Source of the DNA: an uncultured archaeon
GTDB taxonomy: Archaea; Altiarchaeota; Altiarchaeia; JAFGQM01
NCBI GenBank assembly: GCA_964619365.1
Contig: CAZUDQ010000001.1
Span: 18,929-82,928, forward strand
Length of the DNA: 64,000 bases
Reading direction: 5' to 3'
Of this stretch, positions 46,412 to 55,878 are shown one piece after another; within the stretch, counting starts at the first letter, position 1, and the number at the start of each line of letters is the position of its first letter. The notes beneath the pieces were generated by a model, which saw only the letters and a list, made by a program, of their open reading frames with translations, did not search any database and was not told where the DNA came from. A program made the position numbers and the translations under genes.

Positions 46412-47293
46412 TTAGAGTTCCCATGCGAATTTTTCCTTTAAGACTTCATATGCCATATACGGCGGGATTATTCCGTCTTCGGTTACAATTATGTCAATGT
46501 ACTCTGGCGGCGTAAAGTCAAATGCTGGGTTCCACATCTTAACTCCGCGCATCGGCGGGCGGATTTCAGCATTGTCACGCTCTTCAACTTCAATCAGGCT
46601 GCCGTCCATCGTCTGGGGTGAGAATTTTATCGTCTCGCAGGCAACAATAACTGGAATATTTGCCTCGTGAGCAAGAGTTGCAATCTGGCTTGTTCCAATC
46701 TTATTTGCAACAGCGCCGTTTGCAGCAACCGTGTCGGCGCCGATTACTACTTTATCGATGTCAAAATGCTTAATCGCAAAGCGGACTGCAGAGTCTACAA
46801 TCATCGTCACATCAACTTTGCTTTTTGCAAGGGCTGCAGCTGTCAAATAGCCTTGGTTTCTCGGGCGCGTTTCAGTGCAGATGGCTTTAATCTTTTTTGT
46901 CTTTGATGCCTCGACTATGACGTCAATTGCCGCAGTCGAGTTGCAGTGCGTAAGAATCGTGTCGCCTTTTTCAACCCTTTTTGCGCCGTTCTTTGCTACT
47001 TTTTCAAGGGCAGCTTCCTGCTCTTTTATGAACTTATCGATTATTTTTGGAAGCTTATCTTGTGGATTTTCCTTAGACAAGTAAACACAATAGTCAACCG
47101 CGTTTGGAAGCGAGACTGCAGTCGGACGCGCCGCCTTTAAGACTTTTGCAGCTTTAAGGAAATCGCGTGAGAAGTTTTTTCCAGAGTAGTCTCTCGCATA
47201 CTTGCTAAGGGAGTCTGCAGCGGATGTCGCAATCTTTAGTGCGCCACGAATCTCCATTGACTTGATTTTCCGGGCAGTAGTTTGTGGATCCAA
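46412..47293 (-). CDS. Ribose-1,5-bisphosphate isomerase (eIF-2B-like)
   Basis: MEIRGA, RPTAVSL, THCNS, ETRP, GAD, NKIGT, NPAFDFTP; clustered with rbcL and AMP phosphorylase; TTG start. Confidence 0.92.
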   Translation of the reverse strand: MDPQTTARKIKSMEIRGALKIATSAADSLSKYARDYSGKNFSRDFLKAAKVLKAARPTAVSLPNAVDYCVYLSKENPQDKLPKIIDKFIKEQEAALEKVAKNGAKRVEKGDTILTHCNSTAAIDVIVEASKTKKIKAICTETRPRNQGYLTAAALAKSKVDVTMIVDSAVRFAIKHFDIDKVVIGADTVAANGAVANKIGTSQIATLAHEANIPVIVACETIKFSPQTMDGSLIEVEERDNAEIRPPMRGVKMWNPAFDFTPPEYIDIIVTEDGIIPPYMAYEVLKEKFAWEL

Positions 47294-47351
47294 TTTTTAG
47301 AGCTAAATAGATTATGGGTTAGGCAAATAAAAGGCTAACCTGAAGTTTTTA

Positions 47352-47374
47352 AAAAGTAAGAAAATCTTACTTTT
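47352..47374. promoter_or_regulatory. Perfect inverted repeat AAAAGTAAGA-AAA-TCTTACTTTT, candidate operator
   Basis: 10-bp arms in the divergent intergenic region between the R15P isomerase gene and leuC. Confidence 0.5.
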
Positions 47375-47440
47375 GCTTTTTTCACCCTTTTTTATCTCGC
47401 TGCGCTCAAAATTGGCAGTTTAATATTAGAATAATTTACA

Positions 47441-48697
47441 ATGGGCCAAACAATTGCTCAAAAGATACTCGGGAAGCATGCGGGCAAAGATGTAGTAAAG
47501 GTGGGTGATACCATCGAAGCGAAGATAGACTATGTCATGGTCAATGACGTAACCGGCCTTCCAGCATTTGAAGTGTATGACGAACATTTTTCGGGTACGG
47601 TGCCAAAGACTGAAAAAATCGTCCTCATCCCAGACCATTATGTTCCAAATAAGGATGTTAAGAGTGCTGAACAGGCCAAGGCCATGCGCGTTTTTGCAAA
47701 GAAATATAATATAAAGAATTATTATGAGGTCGGGCGCGGAGGCGTCTGCCACCAAGTTATGATAGAACAGGGCTTTGCGGCTCCCGGAAGACTGGTAGTC
47801 GGCGCTGACTCTCACACTTGTTCCTACGGTGCTCTCGGCGCACTATCAACTGGAATAGGTTCGACTGAAGCGGCATGTGCTATGGCAACCGGAGAACTTT
47901 GGTTCAAAGTCCCTGAGACCCAAAAGAGTATTGTTGAAGGAAAGCTAGGCCCTTATGTCATGGGTAAAGACATAATACTTCACGTAATTGGCGACATAGG
48001 TGTTGAAGGCTCGCTTTACCGTTCAATGGAGTGGTACGGCTCAACAATAACCGAGCTACCGCTAGCTGACAGGATATCAATTTCAAACATGGCAATAGAG
48101 TGCGGAGGAAAAGCCGGAATAATCCCCGCCGACGCTAAAGTTGATGATTATCTAAAAGGGCGCGTCCGTGGAACTTATGAAAAAGTCTATGCGGATCCCG
48201 ACGCAGAGTATTGTGATACGTTTAATTATGATGCAACGACTATCGTACCGACTGTAGCTGAGCCTTTCCTTCCGGAAAATGCAAAAGCGGCGCGCGACTG
48301 CGATGTAAAAATAGACCAGGCATACCTTGGTTCCTGCACCAACGGAAGAATTGAAGATATGCGCGCAGCAGCGCAGATTCTAAAGGGTAAAACAATAGAT
48401 GACGATGTGCGCATGATTGTAGTTCCCGCATCAACTGACGTTCAGCGCCGGATGATTGAGGAAGGACTTTATAAGATTTTCATGGACGCAGGAGCCTTCC
48501 TTTCAGGGCCCACATGCGGCGCCTGTCTTGGCGGTTATATGGGAATACTTGGAAAGGACGAAGTCTGCGTATCAACGACAAACAGGAATTTCATAGGACG
48601 AATGGGTGATAAGGAGTCAAAGACCTACCTTGCAAACCCTTATGTTGTTGCAGCATCGGCCCTCACTGGAAGGATAACTGATCCAAACGAGCTTTAG
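47441..48697 (+). CDS. leuC: 3-isopropylmalate dehydratase large subunit (LeuC/HacA family)
   Basis: DH, GVCHQ, GADSHT, GSCTNGR, CGACLG, STTNRNF. Confidence 0.92.
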   Translation: MGQTIAQKILGKHAGKDVVKVGDTIEAKIDYVMVNDVTGLPAFEVYDEHFSGTVPKTEKIVLIPDHYVPNKDVKSAEQAKAMRVFAKKYNIKNYYEVGRGGVCHQVMIEQGFAAPGRLVVGADSHTCSYGALGALSTGIGSTEAACAMATGELWFKVPETQKSIVEGKLGPYVMGKDIILHVIGDIGVEGSLYRSMEWYGSTITELPLADRISISNMAIECGGKAGIIPADAKVDDYLKGRVRGTYEKVYADPDAEYCDTFNYDATTIVPTVAEPFLPENAKAARDCDVKIDQAYLGSCTNGRIEDMRAAAQILKGKTIDDDVRMIVVPASTDVQRRMIEEGLYKIFMDAGAFLSGPTCGACLGGYMGILGKDEVCVSTTNRNFIGRMGDKESKTYLANPYVVAASALTGRITDPNEL

Positions 48698-48710
48698 GTT
48701 AGACAAGAAA

Positions 48711-49193
48711 ATGAAAATAGAAGGAAAGGCCTGGAAATTTGGGGACAACGTCGATACTGACCAGATAATTCCTGCAAAATACTTAATCACAGGCGACCTT
48801 AAGGAGCTTGCAGCTCACGCTTTTGAAAATGTTCGCCCAGAGTTTGTGGATGAAGTAAAGAAGGGTGATATGATTGTTGCCGAAAACAACTTTGGCTGTG
48901 GAAGCTCAAGGGAACATGCACCTCGCGCGCTCATTGGCGCCGGGATAAGCTGTGTCATTGCCAAATCATTTGCAAGGATATTTTATCGTAACTCAATAAA
49001 CATTGGCCTCCCGTTAATAGAAACGGATATTCCATGTGAAGAAGGCGATATTTTTGAAGTTGATTTTGATGAAGGTATTGTCAAGAATAAGACTAAGGGG
49101 GCAACAGCCTCATTCCCCCCAATGCCTGAATTCCTAAGGGAAATGAGCAAGGCTGGCGGTCTTGTAGAATACTCTAAGAGAAAACTTGGTTAG
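48711..49193 (+). CDS. leuD: 3-isopropylmalate dehydratase small subunit
   Basis: DTDQIIPAKYL, NFGCGSSREHA, SFARIFYRN. Confidence 0.93.
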   Translation: MKIEGKAWKFGDNVDTDQIIPAKYLITGDLKELAAHAFENVRPEFVDEVKKGDMIVAENNFGCGSSREHAPRALIGAGISCVIAKSFARIFYRNSINIGLPLIETDIPCEEGDIFEVDFDEGIVKNKTKGATASFPPMPEFLREMSKAGGLVEYSKRKLG

Positions 49194-49194
49194 T

Positions 49195-49536
49195 CTATTG
49201 TTTGTCTGTGAGGAAAACACAGGAGTCTTTTCTCACTTCCCCTTTTCTTGCCACATCTGAGTGTAATGGAAGTTCACTTTTTTCTTGTATGTGTCTTATC
49301 AACCGTTTAGTGCCAATACCTTTTCTTTCAAGAGCTTCCTTATTGCTGGATATATGTGTCAGTATTCTTTTTGCGTCATCTTTATCCAACTTAACGCGCA
49401 TATTCTCGCAACATTCACCACATACCCTACAGGATGAGCCCCCAGGTCCTATCCCTAAAAGATGAAGTTCCTGTGCGGATGTGCCCCTGCATCTTTTCGG
49501 TTTTATAGAATGCACAGAACATTTCCTTACTCTCAT
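49195..49536 (-). CDS. YkgJ/CxxCxxCC-family Cys-cluster protein, circularly permuted
   Basis: CSVHSIKPKRCR at the N-terminus, CRVCGECC central, CVFL at the C-terminus. Confidence 0.7.
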   Translation of the reverse strand: MRVRKCSVHSIKPKRCRGTSAQELHLLGIGPGGSSCRVCGECCENMRVKLDKDDAKRILTHISSNKEALERKGIGTKRLIRHIQEKSELPLHSDVARKGEVRKDSCVFLTDKQ

Positions 49537-49598
49537 AATGATTTAATCATTGAAAAGAGAAAAAGTCTTTTTATCTCTCTACTCGAAAATAAGGAGAA

Positions 49599-50726
49599 AT
49601 GACACATAAAGTTGCACTTATCCCGGGAGACGGTATAGGAAAAGAAGTCGTACCCCAAGGTGTCAAAGTATTAAACACTGCGGCAGATAAATTTGGGTTT
49701 TCTATTGACTGGGAAGAGTTTCCCTTTGGCTCTGATAATTACTTAAAGACCGGAGAAGTCCTAAGCGACGAGTCACTTGAGGCTGTCGGGAAGAACAAGG
49801 CGATATATCTTGGCGCGCTTGGTGACCCAAGAGTAAAGCCCGGAATACTTGAAAAGGGAATCCTCCTTAAACTTCGTTTTGCATTTGACGAGTATGTCAA
49901 CTTGCGCCCGGTCAAGCTTCTTCCAAGCATAAAGAGTCCGCTTGCAGGGAAAGGACCAGATGACATAAACTTTGATGTCATTCGTGAGAACACAGAGGAC
50001 TTTTATGTCGGACTTGGTGGACGCGCTAAGACTGGAACGAGCAAAAAAGAGCTACTTCTTATTAGAGAACTTCACAAGACCAAGTTTGGTCTTGACATTG
50101 AAACAGACTCTGAAGAGATAGCATACCAGATAGGCATGATGAGTAAGGAAGGCGCAACGCGTGTTATAGACTACGCTTTTGACTTATGCAAGAAAAAGAA
50201 TGGGAAAAGACGTGTGACGGCAGTCGATAAGGCTAATGTTTTATCCGACATGTATGGTCTTTGGCGCGAAGCTGCTGTTGAGGTTTCGGCAAAATATCCC
50301 GGAATCGAGCTTGAATACAATTATGTTGATGCAATAACTATGTATTTTATCACAAAGCCACAGTGGTTTGATGTTGTTGTCTCACCAAATCTCTTTGGCG
50401 ACATAATAACAGACCTTGGGGCCTGCATACAGGGCGGAATAGGTCTTGCAGTTTCAGGGAACATAAACCCGAAAGGGACTTCAATGTTTGAACCTGTGCA
50501 TGGTTCAGCACCTGATATCGCCGGGAAAAACATCGCAAACCCCTGCGCGACAATTCTTGCTGGAGCTCTGATGCTTAAGGAACTTGGCGAAAATGAAGCC
50601 GGGAACGCGGTAACAATGGCAGTTGAAAAGGTTCTTGCCGATGGCAAAGTGCGCACTGGCGACCTTGGCGGCAGTTCAAAATGTTCTGAAATGGGTGATG
50701 CAATACTAGAAAAGTTGTTGGAGTAG
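49599..50726 (+). CDS. leuB: 3-isopropylmalate dehydrogenase (beta-decarboxylating dehydrogenase family)
   Basis: [45 protein letters not shown]. Confidence 0.9.
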   Translation: MTHKVALIPGDGIGKEVVPQGVKVLNTAADKFGFSIDWEEFPFGSDNYLKTGEVLSDESLEAVGKNKAIYLGALGDPRVKPGILEKGILLKLRFAFDEYVNLRPVKLLPSIKSPLAGKGPDDINFDVIRENTEDFYVGLGGRAKTGTSKKELLLIRELHKTKFGLDIETDSEEIAYQIGMMSKEGATRVIDYAFDLCKKKNGKRRVTAVDKANVLSDMYGLWREAAVEVSAKYPGIELEYNYVDAITMYFITKPQWFDVVVSPNLFGDIITDLGACIQGGIGLAVSGNINPKGTSMFEPVHGSAPDIAGKNIANPCATILAGALMLKELGENEAGNAVTMAVEKVLADGKVRTGDLGGSSKCSEMGDAILEKLLE

Positions 50727-50775
50727 GCTTTTTAATCTTTTTACTCAAATTAGGCGCGAGTTCTTATTTTATTTT

Positions 50776-50860
50776 GCGGGGATGCCGGAGCTTGGTCAAA
50801 CGGGCAGGACTTAAGATCCTGTGGCTTAGGCCTTCATGGGTTCGAATCCCATTCCCCGCA
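50776..50860 (+). tRNA. tRNA-Leu(UAA)
   Basis: GCGGGGA/TCCCCGC-A acceptor, CAGGA-CT-TAA-GA-TCCTG, long variable arm, GTTCGAATC. Confidence 0.96.
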
Positions 50861-50870
50861 TTCTTTATAC

Positions 50871-51347
50871 ATGGACAAAATAATCAGATTAGACAGAAGA
50901 CATCTTGAAGAGCTTGTACTGATAGATTTTGAGTCCGACCACCAAGGCGACCGGGAAGAAAGAATCACAAAAGCCCAAATGAAAAAGAGGGTCAATGAGC
51001 GTTTTGACTCTTGCCATGAAATTTTCTTCGGGCTTAGACATGGGAAAGAACTAGTCGGTTATGTGACACTTAAGCCTTTCTTTCCAGGTTATAAACACTG
51101 TGAAATCTATTGGCTTTCAGTAAAAAAGAGAGTTCAGGGACTGGGTGTGGGGACAACACTAATAAGATTCATTGAAAACTACGCAAAGAAGCATGGCTTT
51201 AGAAAAGCATTCCTTTATACTGGAAAGAACATGAAGCTCACAAGAGGATTCTATGAAAAAATGGGATACTCCTTAATCAATGAATTCCCGGATTATTATT
51301 CTTCTGGGAGGAACACTACTGCAGTTTTATATGCCAACTCACTCTAA
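50871..51347 (+). CDS. GNAT family N-acetyltransferase
   Basis: Motif A QGLGVGT and motif B FYEKMGY. Confidence 0.9.
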   Translation: MDKIIRLDRRHLEELVLIDFESDHQGDREERITKAQMKKRVNERFDSCHEIFFGLRHGKELVGYVTLKPFFPGYKHCEIYWLSVKKRVQGLGVGTTLIRFIENYAKKHGFRKAFLYTGKNMKLTRGFYEKMGYSLINEFPDYYSSGRNTTAVLYANSL

Positions 51348-51362
51348 TTGGCTTAACTATGC

Positions 51363-51620
51363 TTAGGCGGATTTTCTGCTAATCCAAACGGTCTTAAAGT
51401 ACGGCAGCGAAAGCGTTGAGAATATAAACGCTGCGCTTGGAACAAGCGCGCTTAAGAAGGGATAAGGAAGCTCTGCGACAATAAAGAAAACAAGTATTAC
51501 AAAATATGTAAGAACTGCAAGAATTATCTTTCGCGCGATGCTAGTTTCCCAGGCTTTATCAAGCTCTACACGACAGTTCCTTTCTTCTATTGCTTTAACC
51601 CTTTCTTCAATACTTGTCAC
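51363..51620 (-). CDS. Small membrane protein (coiled coil + 2 TM)
   Basis: IEERN.RVELDKAWETS followed by two hydrophobic helices. Confidence 0.75.
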   Translation of the reverse strand: MTSIEERVKAIEERNCRVELDKAWETSIARKIILAVLTYFVILVFFIVAELPYPFLSALVPSAAFIFSTLSLPYFKTVWISRKSA

Positions 51621-51689
51621 TTTTCCTTAGGATTTACCCGTACTATGTATAAAACTCTCGCTTTTCTTTTTCCTCATCTAATATCACCT

Positions 51690-53546
51690 ATGCCCAAAGT
51701 CCCTTCCAAAAAAGGCATGTTTAGTGCAACGCCATTTTTAGGCGCCATAATATTTTTAATCGTTGCAGGGATAGCTGTTGTAATCGTTGGGGAAAACGAG
51801 GCGCGGCTTGAGATTGCGCGTTCCACATATGCCAATGGTCGCCTGCAATTTATTGCCCAAAGCATAATGGCAGACAGTTATAACGTCCTTTTGCAACGAA
51901 GCCTTGAAGAAGGCACTATCGATTTCATGAAAAAGGAATACAATATCAATACTCAAGAAGGGTGGGAAGACGGTCTCAGGCAGAGTCTCGCCAGTCATTA
52001 TGCCAAGACCATGGGCGACGATCTTGGTGTCGATCTTGAAGCTTACGGCATAGCATACAAGAACATCCCTAATGTCAAGGACTGTACTGTTGAGAGTGTG
52101 GCTGAAGGCTTTGCACTTCCTTCGGTTGAAGCAAGCTGGAGTGAGGAGCCTACACTTGTTGCTCAGACAGTTTCTTTCGGACAAAAAATAACCTGTGTGG
52201 GTCGCGAACCGCCAAGAAGCGTTTCTGTTGATATTGTCGGGAGAAGATATAATATAGACATCAGATTGCCAAAACTTTATGAAGTGGCAACAAAACTTAT
52301 TGAGAAAGCAAAGGCTGCAATAAATGGACAGGGAGAATCCTTGGGTATAACCGAGCCTGTAGCAGAATTTAAAAGCTCGAAATGGGTACTTGTAAAGACA
52401 ACAGATAACCTTCCAAGCGACCCGAGTTACGGTGGTCTTGAAAATATCGTCACAAATTGGAAGGGAGTAGCATCAGGCTTTGCGAGTAGGTTTAAGACTT
52501 ATGCCCGCGACTTTATCGCAAACGATATGAATGAGGAAGCAATTACTTTAAGTGAATTCTTAGTTGTCGGTGAGGATGGCAAAGAGTTGATTCTGGAGAA
52601 TTTTGAGGTCGCGTGTAAAGGTGGGGATATCGATATGCGAAATTGCATTCCCTTTAGGATAGACGCAGTAATAGGAAACGGGGGATGTCCATGGGGTGAG
52701 GCTCCTGAAAACAAGAACAACCCTGTTTATAGCGTAAAGTCCTTTAACCCACGCTGTGATGATAAGTCTTGTGCTTCTGCTGCAACAGAAGCGCTCAAAA
52801 AGATGGTGGCACCTCTTGGAAATCTTTGCATAAATTATTATGCCTCTGCCGATTCAGTCTATGCGGCATGCAAAGCCTGGATTGCAAAACCGAGATCAAT
52901 TGAACTTAAAGGGACACTAAGTGACACGGAATACACAGTTGGCGATAATGAAATAACAGAATTTAAATTTACAGATGAGCATTCAAATGTCCGTACCCAA
53001 ACGTTAAGTGAGACGCGCCTGACCTGCAGGGAAGGAACGGAAGGCAGCGAAGTCTATAAGGATAATGTCGGTCGTGTGCTTGAAAAAGTTGTGATAAAAA
53101 TCGGGGCGGCAAAAGGGAAGTTAAGCGAGCGTGTGCGCTGGGAAGACAAAGGAAGTGTGGTATCCCAGATAAGTAACGCCCAGCTTGTGCAAATCTATGA
53201 AGAGACTTACGGGAAAGACACAAAACCCATTGTGTGTTTTGATGATAACTCAGGTGTTGAAAGCGACCCAACATGTGAGAGTGCTGATTATCTGAATAAA
53301 CCAAGAATTGAGCTTAGTGTTGACTGGAGTGCAGCACGAACTGAATGCAACGTTCGTGCAAATGACTTGTGTTCTGCACTTGGTGGCGGTTCTGTTAAGT
53401 CTTCAGCATCAGCCCAAAGTTTTTGCAAGAGCCTTTTCCCTGAGATTTCGGCTGGAGAAAAGCTTGTTTCGGGCGGTAAAGGAGTTCTCCAATGCTCCCT
53501 TGGAGAGCACACGATTGCAATAGATTTCCTTCAAATGAGTCTTTGA
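51690..53546 (+). CDS. Large pilin-like/adhesin protein with class III signal and Cys-rich ectodomain
   Basis: SKKG|MFSATPFLG + hydrophobic helix; N-terminus paralogous to 26972-27592. Start reassigned to ATG 51690. Confidence 0.7.
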   Translation: MPKVPSKKGMFSATPFLGAIIFLIVAGIAVVIVGENEARLEIARSTYANGRLQFIAQSIMADSYNVLLQRSLEEGTIDFMKKEYNINTQEGWEDGLRQSLASHYAKTMGDDLGVDLEAYGIAYKNIPNVKDCTVESVAEGFALPSVEASWSEEPTLVAQTVSFGQKITCVGREPPRSVSVDIVGRRYNIDIRLPKLYEVATKLIEKAKAAINGQGESLGITEPVAEFKSSKWVLVKTTDNLPSDPSYGGLENIVTNWKGVASGFASRFKTYARDFIANDMNEEAITLSEFLVVGEDGKELILENFEVACKGGDIDMRNCIPFRIDAVIGNGGCPWGEAPENKNNPVYSVKSFNPRCDDKSCASAATEALKKMVAPLGNLCINYYASADSVYAACKAWIAKPRSIELKGTLSDTEYTVGDNEITEFKFTDEHSNVRTQTLSETRLTCREGTEGSEVYKDNVGRVLEKVVIKIGAAKGKLSERVRWEDKGSVVSQISNAQLVQIYEETYGKDTKPIVCFDDNSGVESDPTCESADYLNKPRIELSVDWSAARTECNVRANDLCSALGGGSVKSSASAQSFCKSLFPEISAGEKLVSGGKGVLQCSLGEHTIAIDFLQMSL

Positions 53547-53623
53547 TATGGGACCCTGAGTACTGCTTTGACTGTGTCGTTTATTATGTATTGGTTTTTT
53601 ATCCAGTATCCCCAAATTAGGCG

Positions 53624-54277
53624 ATGCTTTTTGACCACCATATCCATTCAAAGTATTCTGAAAAAGACTCGCTTTCAGAAATCGATGACATTATAAGGAA
53701 GGCTCAGGAGTCCGGGCTTGGCGCAATTGCAATTAGCGACCACAACGCAATGAAAGGTAGTCTTCTTGCCTCAAAGAAAAAGGTAAAGGACTTAATTATA
53801 ATCCCCTCAATTGAAATCAGCACAAAAGACGGACATGTAATCGGTCTGGGGGTGGATGAAATTATTCCCCAAGGCCTTAGTGCCAAGGAAACTGTCGGAC
53901 TTATCCATAAGGCTGGTGGTATTGCTATTGCCGCCCATCCATATGATGCGATAAGAAGCGGTATCGGCGACCTTTGCTGGAAACTCGCTTTTGATGCTAT
54001 AGAACTAAACGGGCATTGTTTACACGGGAATGGGAAAGCACGTGAGATGGCAAAAGTCCATTCAAGACCCCTTGTCGGCGGGAGTGACGCACACGCCATA
54101 GCCGGTATAGGTGCCGTATGCACAGAGGTTGAAGGCTCAACGGCTGGGGAGATAATGGGAAATATCAGAAGCGGTAAGTGTTGTCCTGTTATAAGGCGCA
54201 GTGGAATAGAATTAAAGGGGGCTATTCTTGCAGATAAGATTTCCAGAAACTATCAACTTCTTGCCCACAGATTATAA
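53624..54277 (+). CDS. PHP-domain phosphoesterase
   Basis: DHHIHS, SDHN, AHPY, GGSDAH. Confidence 0.92.
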   Translation: MLFDHHIHSKYSEKDSLSEIDDIIRKAQESGLGAIAISDHNAMKGSLLASKKKVKDLIIIPSIEISTKDGHVIGLGVDEIIPQGLSAKETVGLIHKAGGIAIAAHPYDAIRSGIGDLCWKLAFDAIELNGHCLHGNGKAREMAKVHSRPLVGGSDAHAIAGIGAVCTEVEGSTAGEIMGNIRSGKCCPVIRRSGIELKGAILADKISRNYQLLAHRL

Positions 54278-54589
54278 AGAAGCAAGAGTCTCTTTAAGAA
54301 GGTTTTTTCCGTTCTCGATTTCTTTTTTGCCCTTCTTGGTTATTGTGTAATATTTTCGTTTCCGCCCAGTCCCTTCCTCTTTTTTCTCGATTGCGACAAA
54401 CCCTTCTGACTTAAGGGCATAAAGAACTCTATACGCTGTGACTTTTCCCGGAAGAAACCCAAACTGTGCTTTTACTGTTTCCCTTAGCTCATAACCGTAA
54501 AAATCCCTTGTAGAAAGGAGAGACAGTATGTAGAGCCAGAGGTTCTCTGTTGTAAGCTTATTCCTAAGGCGTGAGGAAGGTGTTGGCAT
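54272..54589 (-). CDS. PadR family transcriptional regulator
   Basis: YGYEL, Y..L..L..EG, RKYYTITKKG. Confidence 0.9.
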   Translation of the reverse strand: MPTPSSRLRNKLTTENLWLYILSLLSTRDFYGYELRETVKAQFGFLPGKVTAYRVLYALKSEGFVAIEKKEEGTGRKRKYYTITKKGKKEIENGKNLLKETLASL

Positions 54590-54626
54590 TTTTCCTTTAT
54601 TTAAGATTTACAGCTATAAAATAAGA

Positions 54627-55310
54627 GTGAAAACATCAAGAATGGGCGCAACGTTGGGACAACACTTCATGGTGGACGAAAAAATCCTTGATTCTGTTGT
54701 TAATTCTGCGGAGCTTAATGGAAAAGAAATAGTCCTTGAAATAGGTCCGGGGAAAGGCGCTATGACAGGAAGGCTTTGTGCCTCTGCAAAAAAGGTCATT
54801 GCAATAGAGCGCGACTCTCTTCTTGCAAGCGCTCTTGAAGGGAGATGGGATAATCTTGAGGTAATAGATGGTGATGCCCTTCGAATTGATTGGCCATCTT
54901 TTGACAAATGCATCTCAAATCTGCCATACTTTATTTCAAAACCATTCATCCTTAGCTTGCTAGCGCATGAATTCGAGCTTGCAGTAATCGTGGTTCAAGA
55001 GGAATTCGCACAAAAACTAGTCACAAGCCCAGGAAGTAAACAATATGGTGTCGTATCTGCATGTACGCAATTATGTGCAGAGATTGAACTTCTGGACAAA
55101 ATCCCAAAAAACGCGTTTTCCCCACAGCCAAAGGTTAAGTCGCGGGCAGTACGTTTAAGACAAAAAAAGGTTCTTGAAAAAGACTTTTTGGAAGGAGCAA
55201 GAAGACTTTTTACGCGCAGAAATCAAAAGATAGGAGAGATGAGGCTTCGTGATATGAATCCTAAGGAAATAGAGGAGTACCTTCGGGCACAAAAATGGAA
55301 CCATGACTGA
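54627..55310 (+). CDS. rsmA: 16S rRNA adenine dimethyltransferase (KsgA/Dim1), short C-terminus
   Basis: LGQHF, LEIGPGKG, NLPY, FSPQPKV.S. Confidence 0.92.
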   Translation: MKTSRMGATLGQHFMVDEKILDSVVNSAELNGKEIVLEIGPGKGAMTGRLCASAKKVIAIERDSLLASALEGRWDNLEVIDGDALRIDWPSFDKCISNLPYFISKPFILSLLAHEFELAVIVVQEEFAQKLVTSPGSKQYGVVSACTQLCAEIELLDKIPKNAFSPQPKVKSRAVRLRQKKVLEKDFLEGARRLFTRRNQKIGEMRLRDMNPKEIEEYLRAQKWNHD

Positions 55311-55869
55311 GATTATAGATTTTAAAGACGCAGACTTGCGCGACATATCCCAAAGAATAAAATCCGGCGCCGTATTTGCATACCCTACAGATACTGTTTA
55401 TGGTATTGGATGCAACGCGACAAATCGTGAGGCGATATTGCGGATTTTTGAGATAAAAGGACGAAACAATCAAAAGCCTATGTCTGTTGCATTCGCCTCG
55501 GCTGATGATGTAATAAGATATGTTGATGTCGATAAAAGAGAAACTGAGGAGATAAAAGAACGCTTGCCAGGTCCCTTTACACTTATTGTGAAAAATAAGG
55601 GAATACCAAAGGAAGCTGTGTGTGGTCTTGAAACACTTGGAATTAGAATTCCTGATTATCCTTTGCTCCTTAAACTCATAAAAAAATCAGAGTGTCCTGT
55701 AGTAACAACCTCTGCAAATATTTCAGGCATGCCACCCGCAAGCCAGTTTTCCGAAATTCCAAAAGAGATAATAGATTCTCTTGATTTTGTTCTTGTGGAT
55801 GATGACGTGCCAAGTGGCAAAGCGTCACGGGTTATTAATCTTGTCAGTGGCAAAATACTAAGGGACTAA
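55303..55869 (+). CDS. tsaC: L-threonylcarbamoyladenylate synthase (TsaC/YrdC domain only)
   Basis: PTDTVYG, KGR...KP, PGPFT, TTSANISG. Confidence 0.92.
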   Translation: MTEIIDFKDADLRDISQRIKSGAVFAYPTDTVYGIGCNATNREAILRIFEIKGRNNQKPMSVAFASADDVIRYVDVDKRETEEIKERLPGPFTLIVKNKGIPKEAVCGLETLGIRIPDYPLLLKLIKKSECPVVTTSANISGMPPASQFSEIPKEIIDSLDFVLVDDDVPSGKASRVINLVSGKILRD

Positions 55870-55878
55870 AATTTTATA

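Noticed and set aside
50861-53546. Integrated element at tRNA-Leu
   Set aside because: No integrase and no duplicated tRNA 3' end (att site) seen.
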